Shown one piece after another: positions 39,646-49,255 of a stretch of 64,000 nucleotides of DNA. How positions within the stretch are numbered: position 1 is the stretch's first letter; each line of letters starts with the position of its first letter. Origin of the DNA: Burkholderiales bacterium (GTDB lineage Bacteria; Pseudomonadota; Gammaproteobacteria; Burkholderiales; SG8-41); the NCBI GenBank assembly GCA_050250695.1, contig JBFWOE010000001.1, positions 12,387-76,386 on the forward strand, written 5' to 3'. Below the pieces are notes generated by a model. That model saw only the letters and a list, made by a program, of their open reading frames with translations. It made no database searches and was not told where the DNA came from. Made by a program: the position numbers and the translations under genes.

Positions 39646-41010
39646 CTAACCTCCCGTCGCCGTGGATTCGAAACCGCGCACGACGCGCTCCATCTGCATG
39701 AAACGCGACCCCTTAACCAGCAACGTCACCTGCGGCCCCAGTGCACCCTCGATATCCGCCAGCAGGTCCTCGATCCGCGGGTAATGGCGCGCCCCGGCAC
39801 CGAAGGCACGCGCCGCAAGCGCAGCCTGCTCGCCCAGCGTGAACAGACCATCAACCCCGGCGGCGCGTGCATAGGCGCCGACCTCCTGGTGAAATGCCGC
39901 CCCCTGTTCGCCGACTTCACCCATGTCGCCCAGCACCATCAGCCTGCGTCCCGGCGCACGTGCCAGCACGTCGATGGCGGCACGCACCGAGTCGGGGTTG
40001 GCGTTGTAGGTATCGTCGATCAGCGTCGCCCCCTTCAGTCCGGTTTTGACCTGCAGCCTGCTCTTGACCGCGGCGAAGCAGCCGAGCGCGCGGGCGCAGG
40101 CCCCCAGGGTGGCGCCGGCGGCGGTCGCCGCAGCGATCGCTGCGAGCGCGTTGCGAACGTTGTGCTCGCCAGGCAGCGGCAGATCGAATTCAACGGCGCC
40201 CCCGGGCACGGCCACGGCGATGTGCGAGGTAGCAGCGCCCAGGCTGCAGCGCGCATGAACCTGCGCAGCATCGTCCAGGCCGAAGTCGCGCACCGCACGG
40301 GTTCCCGCTGCTGCACGCCACACGCCGGCATGGTCGTCGTCGGCACAGAACACGGCAACACCCGATTGCGGCAATGCCCGCACCAGGCTCGCATGCTCTT
40401 CGGCCACATCCGCGACCGAACGCATGAATTCCTGGTGCTCGCGCTGGGCATTGTTGATCACCGCGATGGTCGGTGCGGCAATCCGCGCAAGCTGCGCGGT
40501 TTCGCCGGGATGGTTCATGCCGACCTCGACCACGCAGACCCGGTGCGCGGAACGCAGGGCCAGCAGGGTCAGCGGCAGACCGATATGGTTGTTGAGGTTG
40601 CCGCGGGTGGCATGGACGGCGGCATCGCCGAAATGCGCACGCAGGCAGGCGGCGATCATTTCCTTGACCGTGGTCTTGCCGTTGGAGCCCGCCACCGCAA
40701 TCAGCGGAATATCGAAGCGGGTCCGCCAGTGTGCGGCCAGAGCACCGAGCGCAACGGTAGTGTCGTCGACCGCGGCATGCGGCACGTGGTCCAGTTCGGG
40801 TCCGACATGCGCCCGGTCGACCAGCGCGGCAACCGCGCCGGCGGCAACCGCGCTCTCTATGAAGCGGTGACCGTCGAAACGTTCTCCCCTCAGCGCGACA
40901 AACAGGTCGCCGCGGCTGACCGCGCGGCTGTCCGTGCAGACCCTTTCAAAACCGATGTCGGCGCTGCGCAATTCACCGTTGATCGCAATCGCTGCCTGGG
41001 CCAGAGTCAT
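39646..41010 (-). CDS. murF: UDP-N-acetylmuramoyl-tripeptide--D-alanyl-D-alanine ligase
   Basis: VAGSNGKTTVKEM and ..DTYNANPDS... The ATG at 41010 (TGATG junction with murE) and the GTG at 41013 are both possible starts. Confidence 0.93.
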   Translation of the reverse strand: MTLAQAAIAINGELRSADIGFERVCTDSRAVSRGDLFVALRGERFDGHRFIESAVAAGAVAALVDRAHVGPELDHVPHAAVDDTTVALGALAAHWRTRFDIPLIAVAGSNGKTTVKEMIAACLRAHFGDAAVHATRGNLNNHIGLPLTLLALRSAHRVCVVEVGMNHPGETAQLARIAAPTIAVINNAQREHQEFMRSVADVAEEHASLVRALPQSGVAVFCADDDHAGVWRAAAGTRAVRDFGLDDAAQVHARCSLGAATSHIAVAVPGGAVEFDLPLPGEHNVRNALAAIAAATAAGATLGACARALGCFAAVKSRLQVKTGLKGATLIDDTYNANPDSVRAAIDVLARAPGRRLMVLGDMGEVGEQGAAFHQEVGAYARAAGVDGLFTLGEQAALAARAFGAGARHYPRIEDLLADIEGALGPQVTLLVKGSRFMQMERVVRGFESTATGG

Positions 41011-42479
41011 CACCTTACTCTCCTGGCCAGTGCCGCGCGCACGACTGCGGCGTCGCTGTAACGGCGCCGCACTCCGCGGATTTCCTGGTAATTTTCATGC
41101 CCCTTGCCGGCAATCAGCACCACGTCGCCGCGACGCGCTTCGGTCAGGGCGAGATTCACCGCCTGCCGCCGGTCGGCCAAGCGTTCGTATTCCCCGGCAA
41201 TGCCTTCGGCAATGTCGTCGATGATCCGCTCCGGGTCTTCGCTGCGAGGGTTGTCGCTGGTAACAATCACGCGATCAGAGTTGCGAAAAGCAGCCGCGCC
41301 CATCAGCGGGCGTTTGCCACGATCACGTTCACCGCCACAGCCGAACACGCAGAACAATCTCGCCTGTTTGCCCGACACTTCGCGCAGCGCCTGCAGCACC
41401 TTTTCCAGCGCATCAGGTGTATGTGCATAATCGACGATCACCAGCGGCTCACTGCCACCGCCATAACGTTCGGTGCGCCCGGGAACCGGGGCAACCTTTT
41501 CCAGCGCGGCCACCGACTGCTCAAGTCCGACGTCACTGGCCAGCAGCGTCGCCAGCGAACCCAGCAGGTTTGCCGCGTTGAAGCTTCCGATCAGCGGGCT
41601 GCGCAGCGTTGCCCTGCCCCAGGGTGAGGCAATGTCAAATGAAATGCCATCCAGTCCCAGCCGCAGATTCCTGCCTTCAACGCAGGGTGCTTTTGCGCGT
41701 TTCGTACGCAGCTGGAAACCATAACCCAGTACTTCCGCGCGTTTGTGCTTCCAGCACTGTGCAAGCTCGCGCCCGAATGCATCATCCAGATTGAGTACGG
41801 CGTGACTCAATGTCGGCCAGCGGAACAGTTTTGCCTTCGCTGCCTGATAACGCCGCATGGTGCCGTGATAATCGAGATGATCGCGCGTCAGGTTGGTCAG
41901 CAGCGCAACGTCAAACTCGACGCCGCCCAGCCGGTGCTGCGCGAGCCCGTGTGAAGACACTTCCATGCACACTGCCCTGGCGCCGGCCCGCAGCATCGCG
42001 CGCATGCGCTGCTGCAGCGTCACCGCATCGGGAGTGGTGTTGACCTGTATGTCGAGACGTCCGGGAAAACCGCTGCCCAGCGTGCCGATTACCGCGCACT
42101 TGCGTTTTGCCCGGGTCAGCGACTGGGCGATCCACTGGCTGCAGGAAGTCTTGCCGTTGGTGCCGGTTACGCCCACGGTCCACAACTGGGTGCTGGGCCG
42201 GCCATAGACCTCGCCGGCAATCACCCCGGCATTGCGGCGCAGATGCTTCACCCCGGCATTCGGTACGCGCCAGCGGGAATTCCACGAAAAATCATCCGCA
42301 TCCCACAGCACCGAAGCGGCGCCGTTGGCAATCGCCTGCGCGATGTAATCACGGCCGTCGCGAGACTCCCCCGGATAGGCGATGAATGTATCACCGGTTC
42401 TCACCGCGCGGCTGTCCACCGTCAGCCGGCGCACGCCGAGACCGCGCACGAGTGACCCCATCTTGCCGGCGGCGGTCAT
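41010..42479 (-). CDS. murE: UDP-N-acetylmuramoyl-L-alanyl-D-glutamate--2,6-diaminopimelate ligase
   Basis: GVTGTNGKTS, ..VDYAHTPDAL.. and ..DNPRSEDP... The ATG overlaps the ftsI stop (TGATG). Confidence 0.93.
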   Translation of the reverse strand: MTAAGKMGSLVRGLGVRRLTVDSRAVRTGDTFIAYPGESRDGRDYIAQAIANGAASVLWDADDFSWNSRWRVPNAGVKHLRRNAGVIAGEVYGRPSTQLWTVGVTGTNGKTSCSQWIAQSLTRAKRKCAVIGTLGSGFPGRLDIQVNTTPDAVTLQQRMRAMLRAGARAVCMEVSSHGLAQHRLGGVEFDVALLTNLTRDHLDYHGTMRRYQAAKAKLFRWPTLSHAVLNLDDAFGRELAQCWKHKRAEVLGYGFQLRTKRAKAPCVEGRNLRLGLDGISFDIASPWGRATLRSPLIGSFNAANLLGSLATLLASDVGLEQSVAALEKVAPVPGRTERYGGGSEPLVIVDYAHTPDALEKVLQALREVSGKQARLFCVFGCGGERDRGKRPLMGAAAFRNSDRVIVTSDNPRSEDPERIIDDIAEGIAGEYERLADRRQAVNLALTEARRGDVVLIAGKGHENYQEIRGVRRRYSDAAVVRAALARRVR

Positions 42480-44212
42480 CAGACTTCCTCCCTGACGAGC
42501 GGCACCTCTTCCGGTGCCAGCACCGTGGTTTTACCCGGTGCGTCGGGAGGCACCGCCAGGGAACGCAGCGTGCCCGCGGCAACCTGGCTGAAAACCGGTG
42601 CAGCTACCGCACCGCCGTAATAATGTCCGGCGGAGGGTTCGTCGATCATCACCGCAATGACAACGCGCGGCCGCGATGCAGGCGCCATGCCGACGAACGA
42701 AGACACATAGCGGTTAGCGGCATAACTCCTGCCCTCGAGCTTGTGCGCGGTTCCGGTTTTGCCGGCCACCGTGTAGCCCGCTACCTGTGCGCCGGGCGCG
42801 GTGCCGCCGGGCTGGGCGGCGAGTTCCAGCATTTTGCGCACCGCCAGCGCAGTCGGCGCCGATACCACGCGCACGCCCGGCACCGGCACGTCGCGTTTTA
42901 CCAGTGTGACCGGTAGCAGTACGCCGTCGGAAGCAAATATCGTGTATGAACGCGCCAGCTGCAGCAGCGACACCGAGATGCCGTAGCCATAGGACATTGT
43001 CGCCTGTTCGATCGGCTTCCAGGTCGTGTGGGCGCGCAGCCGCCCAGATACCTCACCGGGAAATCCCGAGCGTGGCTGCGCGCCGAATCCGGCGCGGTTG
43101 AACAGGCTCCACAATATTTCCGAGGGCAGCGCCAGGCCCATTTTCGCGGAGCCGACATTCGACGACTTCTGGATCACCTGAGCTACCGTCAGTGCACCCT
43201 GCGGATGCGCATCGTGGATGGTGCGGTTGCCGATGGTCAGTTGCCCGGGGGCAGTCTGGATCACGGTTTCGGGTTCAAACAGACCGGCCTCGATGGCCGC
43301 CGCTGCGGTAAACGGCTTCAGCGTCGAGCCAGGCTCGAACAGGTCGGTCACCACGCGGTTGCGGGTGCGGCGCGCATCAAGCTTGCCGCGATTGTTCGGG
43401 TTGTACGCCGGCAGATTCGCCATGGCGAGGATTTCGCCGGTTTGCGCGTCGAGCACAACGATGCCGCCGGCCTTGGCGCGGTGCGTGACCACCGCGGCTT
43501 TCAGTTCGCGGAAGGCCAGGTACTGGATGCGCGCATCGATCGACAGTTTGAGCCGCTGCCCGTTCTGCGGCACGCGTATGCTCTCGACATCCTCGACGAT
43601 GCGCCCCAGCCGGTCCTTGATCACCCGGCGGCTGCCGGGTTTGCCGGCGAGCGTCTCCTCGAAGGCGAGCTCCAGTGCTTCCTGCCCCTTGTCGTCAACG
43701 CCGGTAAAACCGACGATATGCGCCATCACTTCACCGGCAGGGTAATAGCGCCGGTGTTCGCGCTGCAGGAACACCCCGGGTATGCCCAGTTGCACCACCC
43801 GCTCGGCCTGGTCGGGAGGCAACTGGCGCTTCAGGTAAACGAACTCGCGTCGGGTGTCGGAAAGCCGCGTTTGCAGATCAGCGACGCTGACGCCCAGCAG
43901 ATTCGCCAGTTTGCGCAGCTCGCCAGGATCGACCTCGACATCCGCGGGACTGGCCGCAACCGATTCCACCGGTGTCGAAATCGCCAGCGGTTCGTTGTTG
44001 CGATCGACGATCATGCCGCGGCTGGCGCCGATTTCGATGACCCGCGAATACCTCGACTCCCCTTTGCGCTGCAGGAAGTCGTTGTTCATCGCCTGCAGCC
44101 ACAGGGCACGTCCGGCAAGACCGATGAACCAGGCAGCGATCAGCAGCAGCAGCAGGTTGGCGCGCCAGCGCGGCAGTCCCGGTGCGGCATTGCGCGGGGC
44201 ATGCGGTTTCAC
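42479..44212 (-). CDS. ftsI: Peptidoglycan D,D-transpeptidase FtsI (PBP3)
   Basis: GTG 44212 overlaps the ftsL stop (GTGA). TM helix LLLLLIAAWFIGLAG. Motifs STLKPF (SxxK), SSN and KTGTA. The upstream 111 codons were rejected. Confidence 0.93.
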   Translation of the reverse strand: MKPHAPRNAAPGLPRWRANLLLLLIAAWFIGLAGRALWLQAMNNDFLQRKGESRYSRVIEIGASRGMIVDRNNEPLAISTPVESVAASPADVEVDPGELRKLANLLGVSVADLQTRLSDTRREFVYLKRQLPPDQAERVVQLGIPGVFLQREHRRYYPAGEVMAHIVGFTGVDDKGQEALELAFEETLAGKPGSRRVIKDRLGRIVEDVESIRVPQNGQRLKLSIDARIQYLAFRELKAAVVTHRAKAGGIVVLDAQTGEILAMANLPAYNPNNRGKLDARRTRNRVVTDLFEPGSTLKPFTAAAAIEAGLFEPETVIQTAPGQLTIGNRTIHDAHPQGALTVAQVIQKSSNVGSAKMGLALPSEILWSLFNRAGFGAQPRSGFPGEVSGRLRAHTTWKPIEQATMSYGYGISVSLLQLARSYTIFASDGVLLPVTLVKRDVPVPGVRVVSAPTALAVRKMLELAAQPGGTAPGAQVAGYTVAGKTGTAHKLEGRSYAANRYVSSFVGMAPASRPRVVIAVMIDEPSAGHYYGGAVAAPVFSQVAAGTLRSLAVPPDAPGKTTVLAPEEVPLVREEV

Positions 44213-44493
44213 TGCACGGCCTCCATGCGCGGCAAGGTCACCATCTCGACCCGCCCGGCAGGCGGCAATCGCATGTTGAGTTCGCGCGTGGCCATGCGTT
44301 CGATGCGTCCGTGTGTGGCCCACGTCCCCTGCTCGAGCTGCAATTGTCCCCACTCGACATCCAGCTGCTTGGCTGTAGCCTGTTCCTGCTGCAGTTCCAC
44401 GTAAAGCTTCCGCGCCTTGTGCTGGGAAGCAACCACGGCCAGCGCGCATGCGACCAACATGACCAGCAGGATGAAGGTGATCCTGTTCGTCAT
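44209..44493 (-). CDS. ftsL: Cell division protein FtsL
   Basis: 94 aa with one TM helix ([17 protein letters not shown]) followed by a coiled coil ([25 protein letters not shown]). Located between rsmH and ftsI. Confidence 0.85.
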   Translation of the reverse strand: MTNRITFILLVMLVACALAVVASQHKARKLYVELQQEQATAKQLDVEWGQLQLEQGTWATHGRIERMATRELNMRLPPAGRVEMVTLPRMEAVQ

Positions 44494-45428
44494 GACAGCG
44501 GGGCCGCGGTGCGTTCGGCAGCGCGCATGATCGCGCTGCGGGCACGGGGATTTGCCGCGACCTCCGCTGCAGATGGCCGCTGCGCGCGACCGATCAGGCG
44601 CAGGCGCGGCTGCGGCAGATCGCGTGCCCTTACCGGCAGGCGCGCGGGCAGGGCATCAATCCGCGTCTGTGCCCGCATGAACCGTTTGACGATGCGGTCC
44701 TCCAGCGAATGAAAACTGATCACGACCAGGCGTCCGCCTTCCCTCAGCAGGGCCATGCACTGCGGCAGCACTACCGATAGCTCCTCAAGCTCCTGATTGA
44801 CGTGAATCCGTAAAGCCTGAAACGTGCGCGTCGCCGGATCCTGGCGTGGTTCGCGCGTGGGAACGGCTTCTGCCACGAGCGCGGCAAGTTTTCGTGTGGT
44901 GTCAACAGGTCCCCGCGCCCTAGCCGCAACAATCGCTGCTGCAATCTGTTTAGCAAACCGTTCTTCGCCATAGTCCCTGATGACCTCCCTGATGTCCGCC
45001 TCGTCCGCCACGGCAATCCACTCCGCGGCGCTGATGCCCTGATCCGGGTCCATGCGCATGTCGAGCGGCGCGTCGTGGCGGAAGCTGAATCCGCGACGAC
45101 TGTCGTCAAGCTGCGGCGACGACACACCGAGGTCGAGCAGCACCCCGTCCACTTCCGTAACCCCCTGCGCACGAACCGCTTCGGCCATGCGGCTGAACGG
45201 GCTGCGCAGCACCGTGAACCGCGGGTTTGTCACCGCGCGTCCCGCCTGCACAGCGTCAGGATCGCGATCAAGTGCAATCAGCCGCCCTCCTTCACCCAGC
45301 CGTCCCAGAATCAACCGGCTGTGTCCGCCCCTGCCAAACGTGCCATCGACATAAATTCCGTCACTGCGTACGTTCAGTGCTTCCAGCGCTTCCTCCGCGA
45401 GTACCGCGGCATGGCCGCCACCGGTCAC
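44490..45428 (-). CDS. rsmH: 16S rRNA (cytosine1402-N4)-methyltransferase
   Basis: GTG 45428 overlaps the mraZ stop (GTGA). [27 protein letters not shown]. The upstream 168 codons of the ORF overlap mraZ and were rejected. Confidence 0.93.
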   Translation of the reverse strand: MTGGGHAAVLAEEALEALNVRSDGIYVDGTFGRGGHSRLILGRLGEGGRLIALDRDPDAVQAGRAVTNPRFTVLRSPFSRMAEAVRAQGVTEVDGVLLDLGVSSPQLDDSRRGFSFRHDAPLDMRMDPDQGISAAEWIAVADEADIREVIRDYGEERFAKQIAAAIVAARARGPVDTTRKLAALVAEAVPTREPRQDPATRTFQALRIHVNQELEELSVVLPQCMALLREGGRLVVISFHSLEDRIVKRFMRAQTRIDALPARLPVRARDLPQPRLRLIGRAQRPSAAEVAANPRARSAIMRAAERTAAPLS

Positions 45429-45871
45429 AAAGAGAAGTCCTCCAGTTCGAGCGGCAATCCTCCGGCACCGAATCCGCCGGCACTGTCGATCAGCTGCGCC
45501 CACCGTTCGTCGTTCCAGAGTTCGAATTTGCGTCCCTGTCCGACGAGCACCACGCTTTTCTCGAGTTGCGCGAAACGCCGCAGCTCCGGCGAGACCAGTA
45601 CCCGGCCCGCACCGTCCATGTCGACATCGACGGCAAAACCAATCAGCCGCCGCTGCAGTTCGCGCACGCGCGGATCCAGATTCGACAGACCTTCGAGTTT
45701 CTGCTGGATGAGTTCCCAGTCGGGCAGCGGGTAGATCAACAGGCAGCGGTCGGCATCGGCGGTGATCACCAGATGACCGGCACAGCGCTCGAACAGCGCA
45801 TCGCGATGGCGCGCCGGTACCGCGAGCCTGCCCTTGCTGTCGAGATTGAGTTGTGCGACGCCCCGAAACAC
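45425..45871 (-). CDS. mraZ: Transcriptional regulator MraZ
   Basis: GTG 45871 with a GGGAG RBS gives (M)[22 protein letters not shown], the canonical MraZ start. Second SpoVT/AbrB repeat is [14 protein letters not shown]. The alternative ATG is 45913. Confidence 0.9.
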   Translation of the reverse strand: MFRGVAQLNLDSKGRLAVPARHRDALFERCAGHLVITADADRCLLIYPLPDWELIQQKLEGLSNLDPRVRELQRRLIGFAVDVDMDGAGRVLVSPELRRFAQLEKSVVLVGQGRKFELWNDERWAQLIDSAGGFGAGGLPLELEDFSL

Positions 45872-45927
45872 GCGATCTCCCGTTGCTGTGCGGGAGTCCG
45901 GCACTGCCGCCATTGGCAGGCATTTCT

Positions 45928-45979
45928 CCCACTTTTTACCACTTCATCCCACTATAAATAATAGGGCATGTGCGGTCAA
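45928..45979 (-). promoter_or_regulatory. Pmra-like sigma70 promoter with three MraZ-box direct repeats
   Basis: Minus strand reads TTGACC (45979-45974), 17-nt spacer, TATAGT (45956-45951). Repeats AGTGGG/AGTGGT/AGTGGG follow with an exact 10-bp period (plus-strand cccact/accact/cccact at 45948, 45938 and 45928), starting inside the -10. Confidence 0.65.
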
Positions 45980-46196
45980 GGGTCGAATTGCCAATTTCCT
46001 TTTTTACGACAACGACTTACGCTAACTTGTTGACAAGCGTTTTTATCATTTTTTGTGAAAGAAATAAACCAATTAAAACAAAGGGATATTGCGCGTACTG
46101 AATGTAGCGCATTAAGTAAATGTGCTTAAAAATCAGGCAATTACGGCTTGCGGCGACTGTCGTCGCCCTGAGACAGCGCAATGAATCGCCAATAGA

Positions 46197-46603
46197 AGGT
46201 GAAGCTGGCCGGTAAGCCGGGTTCTGTCGTGGACAGCCATTCCTCTGGGCCGCACATTGCTGTACGGCTCAAGCCACCTACCCGCAAGCTCGGCGGGACG
46301 CGTCATCGCTTGCCTATTCGGTGTTGCTCCGGGTGGAGGTTACCGCGTTTCACCCCGCTGACCGGGCCAGGGCAGCAAGCACGTTTCCGTTCTCACAACC
46401 CTTTTTGGTGAACTTTGCCGCCTTGCGGCGGCAAGTCCGGCCCGGCCCAGCGGACTCGTCTCTGTGGCCCTGTTCCTCGCCTCACGGCGGACGGGCGTTA
46501 CCCGTCACCCTACCCTGTGGAGCCCGGACTTTCCTCTGCGCATGGCACGGACAGGTTGCCCCGCCCGGTTTGGTCCACACACAGCGGCTGCCTGGCCAGC
46601 TTC
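46197..46603 (-). ncRNA. rnpB: RNase P RNA, bacterial type A
   Basis: The minus strand begins GAAGCTGGCCAGGCAGCC. It contains GAGGAAAGTCCGGGCTCCACAGGG and GGTAACGCCCGT, and ends ACAGAACCCGGCTTACCGGCCAGCTTCACCT. These are near-identical to the universally conserved CR-I to CR-V blocks of E. coli M1 RNA. Confidence 0.92.
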
Positions 46604-46639
46604 GCGGCGGATGGTAACACGCGCCACGAAGCGCCGCGT

Positions 46640-47275
46640 TCAGGCATACCGGGCACGTACCGCCGCGAACAGGCGATGCAGATGATGGTCGTGCACGCCG
46701 AGGGCATCGAGATGGCGCAGCGTATTCACCAGGTAATCGACGTTCGGCCCGCGTTCGCCGCAACAGTCGGAAATAATCGCAGCGCAATCCTCGAGGGCCA
46801 GCCTGCCCGCATAACCTGCGTGCCCGCGATTGGCAAGAAACGTCAGCGCCATGCGCCGGCGCGAACCGGTGACCACCGGCAGCAGCCGCGGCACGTAAAC
46901 CCGCCGGCGCATTTCGCGCAGCCACAGCGTCTCCAGCGCCCGCGGCACCTCATCCGCCGCAATGCGGTAGGCGATGCCCCGGCACGCGCCGCCGCGATCC
47001 AGTCCCAGCACCAGCCCGGGCTTGGCCACCGTGCCGCGATAACGGCTCGAGTAAATGCAGAACGAACGGTGATACCCGCGCAGCAGCGCCGGCAAACCTT
47101 CGGCAAAGCGGAAACCCGGATCCCACATCAGCGAACCGTAGGTGAACAACCACAGGTCCCCGCGCGGCAGGTTGAGCCGGCGGTAATGCCAGGGATCATC
47201 CGCGGGCAACGGCGGAGAAGCGTCGGATGCGGAGCGCCGCGGTCCGTTCACGGTCAAGAGCCGGCGATCCTCCAT
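46640..47275 (-). CDS. chaC: Glutathione-specific gamma-glutamylcyclotransferase (ChaC family)
   Basis: LWLFTYGSLMWDPGF..LLRGYHRSFC..GLVLGLDRGGACRGIAY. ATG 47275 (MEDRRLL). Confidence 0.8.
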   Translation of the reverse strand: MEDRRLLTVNGPRRSASDASPPLPADDPWHYRRLNLPRGDLWLFTYGSLMWDPGFRFAEGLPALLRGYHRSFCIYSSRYRGTVAKPGLVLGLDRGGACRGIAYRIAADEVPRALETLWLREMRRRVYVPRLLPVVTGSRRRMALTFLANRGHAGYAGRLALEDCAAIISDCCGERGPNVDYLVNTLRHLDALGVHDHHLHRLFAAVRARYA

Positions 47276-48291
47276 TCGACAGCGGTACCCGCACGCAGCG
47301 GCACCAGCATATCTGCGCCGAAGGGCACACTCGACGGCATGTCCCACGATTCGCGCACCAGGGTGATTTTCTCCGCGTTCCGCGGCAATCCGTAAAAATC
47401 GGCGCCGAAGTGTCCGGCAAACCCTTCAAGCCGGTCCAGCGCACTGGCTGCGGCAAACACCTCGGCATAGAGTTCGATGCCGGCAATGGCGGTGTAGGCG
47501 CCTGCGCAGCCGCAATCGGTTTCCTTGGTATGGCGCGCATGCGGGGCGCTGTCGGTACCGAGGAAAAATTTCGGATTGCCGCTGATTGCCGCTGACACCA
47601 GCGCCTGGCGGTGAATTTCCCGCTTGAGGACCGGCAGGCAGAAGTTATGCGGTCGCATGCCGCCCGCGAACAACGCGTTGCGGTTGAACAGCAGGTGCTG
47701 CGGGGTCAGTGTCGCCGCGACGCGTTCCGGAGCGGCAGCGACAAAAGCCGCGGCCTCGCGCGTGGTGATGTGCTCCATCACCACGCGGAGTCCGCGATAC
47801 CGTTCCACCAGGGGCTCAAGTATGCGCTCGATGAATACGCGTTCGCGGTCGAACACGTCCACCCCGGGGTCGGTGACCTCTCCATGCACCAGCAGCGGTA
47901 TGCCGGCCTGCTCCATCGCCGCAAGCGTTGCATGGCATTTTTCAATCGCGGTCACGCCCGCATCGGAATTGGTTGTGGCGCCTGCCGGGTAATACTTGAC
48001 CGCATGCACGATGCCGCTGCGCCTGGCCTTGTCGATTTCGTCGGGCCGGGTGTTGTCGGTCAGGTACAGCGTCATCAGCGGCTCGAACCGGCTGCCGGGA
48101 GGCAGGGCGGCCCGTATGCGCTCGCGATAGGCGGCCGCCATCTCCGTCGTCGTCACCGGCGGTTTCAGGTTGGGCATGACGATGGCGCGCGCGAAACGCG
48201 CGGCGGTATGCTGCAGAACGTCGCGCATCGCCGCACCGTCGCGCAGATGCAGGTGCCAGTCATCGGGGCGGGTGATGGTGATGGAATTCAT
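47254..48291 (-). CDS. pyrC: Dihydroorotase (homodimeric type)
   Basis: ITRPDDWHLHLRDG.., ..AVKYYPAGATTNS.. and ..FLGTDSAPH.. Confidence 0.93.
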   Translation of the reverse strand: MNSITITRPDDWHLHLRDGAAMRDVLQHTAARFARAIVMPNLKPPVTTTEMAAAYRERIRAALPPGSRFEPLMTLYLTDNTRPDEIDKARRSGIVHAVKYYPAGATTNSDAGVTAIEKCHATLAAMEQAGIPLLVHGEVTDPGVDVFDRERVFIERILEPLVERYRGLRVVMEHITTREAAAFVAAAPERVAATLTPQHLLFNRNALFAGGMRPHNFCLPVLKREIHRQALVSAAISGNPKFFLGTDSAPHARHTKETDCGCAGAYTAIAGIELYAEVFAAASALDRLEGFAGHFGADFYGLPRNAEKITLVRESWDMPSSVPFGADMLVPLRAGTAVEWRIAGS

Positions 48292-48367
48292 GGGCTGCGG
48301 AATGTCATGGCTGGCGCGGTGAATGGTAATCGCTGTGCGGCCAACAGTAAAACGCTGCGCGCGGGGC

Positions 48368-49243
48368 TCAAGAGCGCGCCTTCAGTTCGAGCGCCATCCG
48401 GTAGATGTCGTTGCGGTTGCCGCCGGTCAGTTTTACGGCGAGAGCCACCGCCTGCTTCAGCGGCAATTCCCCGAGCAGCGTTTTCAGCACGGCTCCGGCG
48501 TCGGGTCCGTTCACGCGCGCCGATGCGGGCGCACCTTCCACGACCAGCACGAATTCGCCGCGCCTGCGGTTGTCGTCGTCCAGCAACCACTGTGCCGCGT
48601 CACCGAGCCGGCAACGGTGCACGGACTCGTGGATCTTGGTCAGTTCGCGCGCGATCACGATCAGGCGGTCGCCGCCGAATGCTGCGCAGATATCGGCAAC
48701 GCTGTCCGCCACACGATGCGGAGCCTCATAAAAAACCAGCGGCGCAGTCTGCTCCGCAAGCCCGGCCAGGGCACGGCGGCGTTCAGCAGCGCGCGCGGGC
48801 AGGAATCCGCAAAACAGGTAGCGGCTGGCGTCGAATCCGCTGGCCGACAGGGCCACGGCGGCCGCGTTCGGACCCGGCACAGGTATCACCCTGTAACCCG
48901 CCTCACGCACGGCTGCGGCAAGCTGCGCGCCGGGATCGGCGATGCCCGGCGTGCCCGCGTCGCTGACCAGCGCCACCGATTTGCCCTCCGCCAGCAAACC
49001 GCCCACCCGCTCGGCGGCCCTGCGCTCGTTGTGTTCGTGCACGGCGATGAGTTTGGCCGATATGCCGTGGCGATTGAGCAGCCTGCCCGTGACCCGGGTA
49101 TCTTCGGCCGCGATGACATCAACGGTCTTCAGCACCTCCAGCGCACGCAAGGTGATATCCGACAGGTTCCCGATCGGCGTGGCGACTACATATAATGTCG
49201 CCTTCTGCGCACCGATCGTGCCTTTTGTCCCGAGTTCCTCCAT
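48368..49243 (-). CDS. rsmI: 16S rRNA (cytidine1402-2'-O)-methyltransferase
   Basis: LYVVATPIGNLSDITLRALEVL..EDTR... ATG 49243 was chosen because the ORF start at 49264 would overlap the divergent lpoA-like start. Confidence 0.9.
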   Translation of the reverse strand: MEELGTKGTIGAQKATLYVVATPIGNLSDITLRALEVLKTVDVIAAEDTRVTGRLLNRHGISAKLIAVHEHNERRAAERVGGLLAEGKSVALVSDAGTPGIADPGAQLAAAVREAGYRVIPVPGPNAAAVALSASGFDASRYLFCGFLPARAAERRRALAGLAEQTAPLVFYEAPHRVADSVADICAAFGGDRLIVIARELTKIHESVHRCRLGDAAQWLLDDDNRRRGEFVLVVEGAPASARVNGPDAGAVLKTLLGELPLKQAVALAVKLTGGNRNDIYRMALELKARS

Positions 49244-49255
49244 CGGATTTGCCAA

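Noticed and set aside
33447-41061. Several 380-535-aa plus-strand ORFs inside the dcw cluster (33447-35051, 34994-36148, 38023-39534, 39622-41061)
   Set aside because: All are antisense to mur/fts genes with catalytic motifs. They are high-GC shadow ORFs.
44490-45932. 480-aa version of rsmH, and similar long N-terminal extensions of ftsI, murG, murB, murD, ftsZ, lpxC and secA
   Set aside because: The extensions overlap the preceding conserved gene or a hairpin and lack homology-like sequence. The conserved N-terminal motifs begin at internal ATG/GTG codons with RBSs or coupled stop/start overlaps.
46199-47395. Plus-strand ORFs 46199-46411, 46321-46617 and 46415-47395
   Set aside because: The first two and the start of the third lie on the RNase P RNA gene. 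The rest of the third is antisense to chaC.
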